From: a virus
Reading direction: 5' to 3' (one strand)
Virus record (IMG/VR): IMGVR_UViG_3300045988_128407
Span: 78,035 to 142,034 of that record
Length of the DNA stretch: 64,000 nt
The notes under the pieces are model-generated. The model was not told where the DNA came from and searched no databases. It saw only the letters and a program-made list of their open reading frames with translations. The number at the start of each line of letters is the position of its first letter. The stretch's first letter is position 1. The position numbers and the translations under genes are program-made. Positions 58,642-64,000 of the stretch are shown here, piece after piece.

Positions 58642-59046
58642 CTACTTAACCTCAACTAATTCTACAGAGTTGTAGAATTTAGTGAAGCTACCAACAAATT
58701 CTCTTATATTTTTATATTCTTCTGGTCGTTTTCTGTTACCATCTTTTATATAATTCACCCACAGTCTATCCTCTATGTTCTTAATCGCATTCTCTATCGT
58801 AAATTCGTCGCTGACGCTCATTAAACACGAAGACCCGGTTTTCTTATGTGGTTTATATATCCTTGAAAAAGACCACATTTTTATTCTATCATATATATAT
58901 CCGTTGTTGGGATAAACGAATCCTATCCGGCTGTCACCTTCTTTAGCGTAAAACACACCTGGCTCTTTCCCACCTTTCTTATATACTACAAATCCTTTTT
59001 CTTTTAGGATCTTAGCTATCTTATTTATCTTGTTCTCTACGTTCAT
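58642..59046 (-). CDS. hypothetical protein (134 aa)
   Basis: ORF. Confidence 0.35.
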   Translation of the reverse strand: MNVENKINKIAKILKEKGFVVYKKGGKEPGVFYAKEGDSRIGFVYPNNGYIYDRIKMWSFSRIYKPHKKTGSSCLMSVSDEFTIENAIKNIEDRLWVNYIKDGNRKRPEEYKNIREFVGSFTKFYNSVELVEVK

Positions 59047-59503
59047 TGTAATGCAAGTATTTAAAAACGACTCTCATTATAGTTGCGAAGTTCTCTACCT
59101 TAATCCACTCATGAGCTACTGCTCTAAGTACAGACGTTTCATATGTTGGAATATTGTCTTCTTCAAGCACCTTACAAGAAGCCAGAACTCCTTCGGTCGG
59201 CTTTAGTCCACGGTCATGCAGCTCGCAGAGACCGTCTGGCCGGCGGAATGCGCACCACCCGTCTTTCTCTGTCGGCTGGATCATCGCTATTGGTTTTTCC
59301 TTCACTGCAAGATACCCTACCATCCACATTGTTTCTTTTAACCTATCAGCGTATCCGGCATCTATGATAGCCTCTATGTCTTTTGGCGTACCAATACAAG
59401 GAACCTTACACATGTTCTTGCATTTATCACATGTACAAGGTTGCTCCCATCTATTATGATCTATGCCTACCAACTTCTTTATCCGTTCTACTTCCTCTTT
59501 CAT
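59021..59503 (-). CDS. Cys-rich hypothetical protein (160 aa)
   Basis: CTCDKCKNMCKVPC cluster. Confidence 0.35.
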   Translation of the reverse strand: MKEEVERIKKLVGIDHNRWEQPCTCDKCKNMCKVPCIGTPKDIEAIIDAGYADRLKETMWMVGYLAVKEKPIAMIQPTEKDGWCAFRRPDGLCELHDRGLKPTEGVLASCKVLEEDNIPTYETSVLRAVAHEWIKVENFATIMRVVFKYLHYNERREQDK

Positions 59504-59504
59504 G

Positions 59505-59786
59505 TCACACTTCTTTCGTTAGTTTATCATAATATGCTTTCAATTCCGGTGAAGCATATTCCATAAATGCCTCAAATAAACATGGTACTTCTACTATCGC
59601 GTATATAGCGCACCCTTTCATCGTTGAAAGCTGTTCAAGATCATTACTGTACAGGCACGTAACATAAGCACCTACATTAAATACATGTAAATCTATCCTT
59701 ACGTATTCCATACATAAAGATAATGACTTAAACAAATCCTTTACATCATTCTTATCAAAGAGTTCTACAAATTCTCTCAATTTCAT
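59505..59786 (-). CDS. hypothetical protein (93 aa)
   Basis: ORF. Confidence 0.3.
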   Translation of the reverse strand: MKLREFVELFDKNDVKDLFKSLSLCMEYVRIDLHVFNVGAYVTCLYSNDLEQLSTMKGCAIYAIVEVPCLFEAFMEYASPELKAYYDKLTKEV

Positions 59787-60166
59787 CTTACTACCCTTTC
59801 CACGTGTTTAATTAATACTACTGCCATCCCTTTGCCGGTTTTTATCGCACATTCCGATCCTTTTATCCATTCTACACATCCTACATACTTTTCTGTAGAA
59901 TGAAAACCTGGATTGTATTTCCCGGATGTACTAAACTCTACCGTATCCCCTACCTTCAGATCCTCAAAAGCAATAGCCCATGTGGTCCAAATTCTATCAT
60001 GTCTTCCAGGCTGAATGGCTCCGATTACGCCTTTCTTACGACCGTTTTTTATTGCCTTTAGTATTATCTTTCTATCACCTTCAATAAGGCTGCAAAAACA
60101 CCCATAAAAGGTCAAATCAACCTGTTTTCCTCCTATTTCTTCTCTTATTTTTGTTATTCTGTTCAT
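59783..60166 (-). CDS. hypothetical protein (127 aa)
   Basis: ORF. Confidence 0.35.
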   Translation of the reverse strand: MNRITKIREEIGGKQVDLTFYGCFCSLIEGDRKIILKAIKNGRKKGVIGAIQPGRHDRIWTTWAIAFEDLKVGDTVEFSTSGKYNPGFHSTEKYVGCVEWIKGSECAIKTGKGMAVVLIKHVERVVR

Positions 60167-60410
60167 TTTCTGATTTTGTTTTATTTTTTTCTTTGTTTTT
60201 TCTATCTTCTATAAAAGATGATAATAACATTATCTTTTCTATGTTACTTTTTGACTGTAAAAAAGAATCGCATTTCATTACTACTACGATCTTCTTAAGT
60301 TCCCCATTATCATACAGCGATACACGCATCATGTTTTGCGCCTCGTCCACTATCAGACCTGGAGTAGTCTTAGCCATTTTGCGTAGCTTATTATACTCCG
60401 GTCTTTCCAT
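60117..60410 (-). CDS. hypothetical protein with Lys/Asn-rich basic tail (97 aa)
   Basis: ORF. Confidence 0.3.
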   Translation of the reverse strand: MERPEYNKLRKMAKTTPGLIVDEAQNMMRVSLYDNGELKKIVVVMKCDSFLQSKSNIEKIMLLSSFIEDRKNKEKNKTKSENEQNNKNKRRNRRKTG

Positions 60411-60675
60411 TTCCTCTGTTTATTACTCTATAGTATTTATCTTTATCTCCCTCTTCCAACTTCTCCAAATAGAAAATTCCATCATGCAAATGAGACAAAC
60501 AAAACCTGTATCCGTATTTCTGCGTTCTTCTTACATGATCCCGCAATCTTATCTCTTCACTTTTGTCTTGTACTTTGATTTTAATACTGTCTCCTTCTTT
60601 GATTGTGTATAAAATAGTTTGAATCTCTTCTTTTTTCATCTTATAAAATATTTTAACGGCAGCACCTATACTCAC
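60391..60675 (-). CDS. hypothetical protein (94 aa)
   Basis: ORF. Confidence 0.3.
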   Translation of the reverse strand: MSIGAAVKIFYKMKKEEIQTILYTIKEGDSIKIKVQDKSEEIRLRDHVRRTQKYGYRFCLSHLHDGIFYLEKLEEGDKDKYYRVINRGNGKTGV

Positions 60676-60702
60676 GCACCACTACTGCCTTATGTTTAAC
60701 AA

Positions 60703-61512
60703 TTAAATACTTAACTCTTCAATGGTCAAGCCTTTTTCTTTTGCCCATTTTAACATCGAGCATAATTCTGTTTCTGATTTATATTTCGGATCACGCCACG
60801 CCCATCCGAATTTATCCAGGACATGATGATATAATTCGTCGGCCTTTGCCGTGTAAATGTCTTTGAATAAATGCTCCGAACCTTCCGGTATAAGCATCTC
60901 TGTTGTTGCAAAATCGGAATACGATAAACATCCGTAAGCATATTCTGTTATTTCACTCCACGCTTCTCCGGCTTTAAATCCAAATTCTTTTACAAAAGCC
61001 AAAGTTAGATACATATTTAATAATATTGTTACATCATATCCCGAATCTGACTTTCTTTCTATTATTTTCTTTTCAAATTCCTTTAAATCTTCAGGTCCTA
61101 AAAAGATGTATCCTGATACCGACCGATAATTAGCCTCCGCATACTTCTTGCATTTATCATCATTAACAATCTTACCAATGTTAGATAACATCTTTTGCCT
61201 CCATTCATCACAAAACTCTACCTCTACGTTTATCCAATCGGTACCATAATTGTATCCTTTTGGATGTCCGACTGATATTACCTTTATGTTATTCACACCA
61301 TATTCATAAAGGCGTTCGCCCACCTTATTCGCCCATTCCTGTACAAAAGGAATAAACTTATTGCAATAAGAATCAAAATCAAAATCTAATTCCTCCTCAT
61401 ATTCCGGCATCTCTTCATAATCTTGTTCAAAGAAATAGCGAGGATCTGCTATTGTTTCATAGAAACTTACGTTAATGAAACAAAACTCGTTGGTTGTCGT
61501 TTTTAATATCAT
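60703..61512 (-). CDS. hypothetical protein (269 aa)
   Basis: ORF. Confidence 0.4.
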   Translation of the reverse strand: MILKTTTNEFCFINVSFYETIADPRYFFEQDYEEMPEYEEELDFDFDSYCNKFIPFVQEWANKVGERLYEYGVNNIKVISVGHPKGYNYGTDWINVEVEFCDEWRQKMLSNIGKIVNDDKCKKYAEANYRSVSGYIFLGPEDLKEFEKKIIERKSDSGYDVTILLNMYLTLAFVKEFGFKAGEAWSEITEYAYGCLSYSDFATTEMLIPEGSEHLFKDIYTAKADELYHHVLDKFGWAWRDPKYKSETELCSMLKWAKEKGLTIEELSI

Positions 61513-61763
61513 AGCTTTTTGTATTTACGTACATTTTTCTTGCCATAGAATCTACACATGGCACGAATCTGACTATAAAATACTTTTGTCCTCCTGGCCT
61601 CAAAGTATTTAAACATTTCTTCATTCTTTGTTTCCCACACGTAATCCGTTTGAGAACTCATGTGATTTTTGTCCTTGCGTGAATAATGGTAATATGATAC
61701 CACAACACGTTTCGCACCATTCTTTACAGGTACGATATTCACATCTATGTTATTATCTGTCAT
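61509..61763 (-). CDS. hypothetical protein (84 aa)
   Basis: ATGA overlap. Confidence 0.3.
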   Translation of the reverse strand: MTDNNIDVNIVPVKNGAKRVVVSYYHYSRKDKNHMSSQTDYVWETKNEEMFKYFEARRTKVFYSQIRAMCRFYGKKNVRKYKKL

Positions 61764-61798
61764 ATTATTATCGTTTTATATATTATACAAATACAAAG

Positions 61799-61830
61799 AG
61801 CGCATACCTTTACAGGCCGGCGCTCTTTTC
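61799..61830 (-). terminator. terminator-like hairpin (AAGAGCGC..GCGCTCTT, 8 bp) between minus-strand genes
   Basis: In minus sense it is followed by TTTGTATTTG. Confidence 0.3.
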
Positions 61831-61882
61831 AATAAAAATGAAAAAACTAACATTACATAAACATATTGTTTTCTGCTCTTTA

Positions 61883-62104
61883 TTACAATACTTTTGTCCC
61901 ACAATTGTTATATCGTCCGTACTCTTTTTTCGTATCATTCAAGATTTCAAACACCATCTTCTTATGATCTTTGTTTGGTAACTTGTCTTTAACAGCCGAT
62001 ATCACGCTCGCTATAGACGTAAAGATTGAACACAACAACAAACCTCTGTCGTCGTCTGTGCTTATCGCTGACGCCTTTATAATATCATTCCTATATATTC
62101 TCAT
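61883..62104 (-). CDS. hypothetical protein (73 aa)
   Basis: ORF. Confidence 0.3.
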   Translation of the reverse strand: MRIYRNDIIKASAISTDDDRGLLLCSIFTSIASVISAVKDKLPNKDHKKMVFEILNDTKKEYGRYNNCGTKVL

Positions 62105-62125
62105 AACTTTTTTGTTTTATTGTTT

Positions 62126-62220
62126 GTGAGATGCCCAGAATCGAACCAGGACCGGCACATACGCACCGGCACGCCGCGCCATCCCTCTATGATACACAAA
62201 TAGACATGCCTATTCTCACG
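62126..62220 (-). ncRNA. GC-rich tRNA-like element: T-arm-like GGTTCGATTC plus acceptor-like ..CATCTCAC 3' end paired to a 5' GTGAGA. A canonical cloverleaf could not be built
   Basis: Minus-sense ..ggtcctggttcgattctgggcatctcaca; terminal GTGAGA/TCTCAC pairing about 90 nt apart; GC-rich island in AT-rich DNA. Confidence 0.25.
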
Positions 62221-62579
62221 AACCGACATGCCAAAACCCAAAACTTAATTTGATGAATAAAATAGATTAACAAAAATACTATTCTAATTGGCGATTATAT
62301 ACTATTTTACACCATACATGTTGTAAAACATACATATGTTATTTAATTTCATATTCTTCTTTTCTAACTTTGTTTTACTCAATCGAATCAATAAGTCCCT
62401 TGTTTCGGACAAGACGGTTGAGTAAAAGAGGTCTTTGATATAAGGTTCCATCTTGAAAACGTAAGATGGGTAAAATCAAAAACGTTTTTGGTAAAAGAAT
62501 CCGGCGATCTCACTTTTGAGCAACCGGTAGAGGGTATTGGTGATACCCAGTATGATACTTCGTACAAATGTATATTGTT

Positions 62580-62924
62580 TTACGCTTTTGTGTAAAGTGG
62601 TATATAATCACCTTCTAACTCTTTTATAATATCTTTCACGATATTCAGCCTTACCTCCTTCGTTTCTGGACTAATACAACCAAACCACCCATAAAACGTT
62701 CTTGTTTCCTCTGGTTCTGTGGCCATACTTATCTTCTCCTCCAATTCCGGGAAATATATTCTCACCATTTCGTCTGAACGAAACCCATAGATATTTTTAT
62801 GTTTTTTGAAATACATAAACACTACATTTCTTAACGCAACACATATGTATTCCCCATCCTCTTGCCTATCAATCATCCCATATACCTTTTTCCATATGAA
62901 TAATCGCTCTTCTTTTGTAAACAT
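62580..62924 (-). CDS. hypothetical protein (114 aa)
   Basis: ORF. Confidence 0.35.
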   Translation of the reverse strand: MFTKEERLFIWKKVYGMIDRQEDGEYICVALRNVVFMYFKKHKNIYGFRSDEMVRIYFPELEEKISMATEPEETRTFYGWFGCISPETKEVRLNIVKDIIKELEGDYIPLYTKA

Positions 62925-62938
62925 ATCCTTCTTTATTT

Positions 62939-63280
62939 TTATGGTATTATTAGACTGTATGCAGACTTTTCCATGTACACAATATTATGCTCCTGTCCAA
63001 ACATTTTCTTTGCTGCCTCTTTCTTTATCGCACAATATCTTCCTGTGCGATACGGATTCTTTTGATCTGAGCCATCTTCGACTTCGATAATAAAACAACC
63101 TCCTTCGTCTATTATCTTTTTGCAATTGTCACATACTTCGCCCGTGCATATATGATGCGGCGCCTGCCCCTTGATGTTATTCCCTAATAAAGCAATCCCC
63201 ATCTCTTCGCCACATATCATGCAAACTTCTATAGACGGATTCAATCCGTGTTCTGGATGTAATGTAATACCATCTTTCAT
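62939..63280 (-). CDS. zinc-binding hypothetical protein (113 aa)
   Basis: CMICG..HHIC..C..C. Confidence 0.35.
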   Translation of the reverse strand: MKDGITLHPEHGLNPSIEVCMICGEEMGIALLGNNIKGQAPHHICTGEVCDNCKKIIDEGGCFIIEVEDGSDQKNPYRTGRYCAIKKEAAKKMFGQEHNIVYMEKSAYSLIIP

Positions 63281-63310
63281 TTTCTTTCCTCCTTTGTTTT
63301 TAATGTTGTG

Positions 63311-63433
63311 TGAGATCGCCGGAATCGAACCGACCTACCGCACCATGAATCCCATAAAGCAAGTGCTCCGATCTTCGCAGACGGGAGCGTTCTGTCTAAA
63401 GCATAAGAAAATTAATGAAGAAATTTTTCTCAC
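63311..63433 (-). ncRNA. second tRNA-like element (T-arm-like GGTTCGATTCC plus ..CGATCTCAC 3' end paired to a 5' GTGAGAA); non-canonical length
   Basis: Minus-sense ..gtaggtcggttcgattccggcgatctcaca. It shares its start and end with the 62126 element. A 17-nt near-copy GAATCCGGCGATCTCAC also occurs on the plus strand at 62500-62516. Confidence 0.25.
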
Positions 63434-63671
63434 TTACGCCATAGCATCTAAAATAGCTATCAACACTATTTCTATGACAAACATAATAGAAAATATCTTA
63501 AATGCCTTTTTCATATCGCTATCTCCTCCTTTTTATTTTTTTTAGTTCCACAACAAACTGTTCCGGCTCTGCTCCGACCTACGTTCCACCTACAACCGCA
63601 GGCCTTAGCCCAAGGCGCCGCCTACTCCCCCTCTATGGCAGCCTGTTCGTACCTACAAATCCGGTCTCCAT

Positions 63672-63893
63672 CTACACAACTAACACTACGCGATAACAAA
63701 CATTTATCCTTATAACAATCATAAAAAAAATACACCTCTCACAACCGTAATCCTTAACGTCTACACAGCTAACTACCTTAGCATATACTATACCATCACT
63801 GCCTTCTATTCCTTTCACCCCAAAAATAGAACCTTCTACCTCCTTACTCAAATCTAAGTCAGGCGCAAAGTCATATACGTTCATACCATCCAT
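63672..63893 (-). CDS. hypothetical protein (73 aa)
   Basis: ORF. Confidence 0.3.
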   Translation of the reverse strand: MDGMNVYDFAPDLDLSKEVEGSIFGVKGIEGSDGIVYAKVVSCVDVKDYGCERCIFFMIVIRINVCYRVVLVV

Positions 63894-64000
63894 ATTTTAA
63901 TTGTTAAACATCCCGCTTAAAAAAAAATACTCACATAATGCAGTCCTCAACCCTTAATCTGTTGGAAGGAACCTATATAATGCTGTTTTAAACCCTTATC

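Noticed and set aside
62126-62220. Calling the two T-arm-containing elements bona fide tRNA genes with an assigned anticodon
   Set aside because: No 7-bp acceptor stem, D-arm or anticodon arm could be built by hand (only a 5-6 bp terminal pairing). They are kept as tRNA-like pending predictors.
63502-63696. Plus-strand 64-aa ORF in the GC-rich patch
   Set aside because: Opposite to all neighbouring genes, Pro/Thr/Ser-rich, composition-driven. Treated as a non-coding structured region instead.
1-64000. Genome-wide stop-codon reassignment (TAG or TGA), as seen in some crAss-like lineages
   Set aside because: ORFs of 2111 and 2140 aa are uninterrupted under the standard code, and genes end with a mix of TAA, TAG and TGA. 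Only isolated in-frame stops occur (14176, 17432), so they are reported as local events.

Overview
This window reads as a large, AT-rich, double-stranded DNA phage region with Bacteroidota-like signals. It is probably Crassvirales-like; that placement is an inference from gene content and layout, not a database hit. The window splits into two opposed transcription blocks that converge on a long hairpin at 30219-30263.

The plus-strand block (1-30218) carries giant structural or virion genes: a 5'-truncated ORF, then proteins of 1019 aa, 2111 aa (glycine-zipper transmembrane segments), 752 aa and 2140 aa. It also holds a Bro-N/KilAC antirepressor-like gene broken by one in-frame TAA, a cluster of low-complexity proteins with vicinal cysteines, a reverse-oriented TnpB (IS605 OrfB-like) island, and a truncated IscB/IsrB N-terminal remnant with a ~200-nt structured non-coding element directly upstream.

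The minus-strand block (30308-63893) is a tightly packed early/replication module. Most genes overlap at start and stop (ATGA or TAATG junctions). It contains a second TnpB paralog that has lost its zinc finger and sits inside an operon. It also contains an SF2 DECH helicase with a LAGLIDADG-type intein inside the DECH motif, a DnaB-like helicase, a zinc-finger/TOPRIM primase, two PD-(D/E)xK nucleases, a dATP/dGTP pyrophosphohydrolase-like protein, and an acyl carrier protein - NfeD - flotillin (SPFH) operon. About 35 small hypothetical ORFs and a few GC-rich tRNA-like or structured patches fill the remainder.

The most unusual signals are:
- The ~200-bp element upstream of the IscB remnant recurs about 29.7 kb away in inverted orientation at ~90% identity. 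Each copy can close the same ~45-nt internal segment with a 5-bp helix using different nucleotides. It looks like an omega-RNA-like module that outlived its nuclease.
- Three homopolymer or stop-codon recoding candidates: an in-frame TAA in the antirepressor gene, a T8 site with an RF2-like +1 geometry (UUU UAA A), and a G9 site needing a -1 shift. Two of these coincide with a repeated 'ATGAGAMGRAGATTT' (MRRRF) leader motif found in three copies.

No CRISPR array, integrase, reverse transcriptase or rRNA was seen. tRNA-like motifs are present but could not be folded into a canonical cloverleaf by hand.
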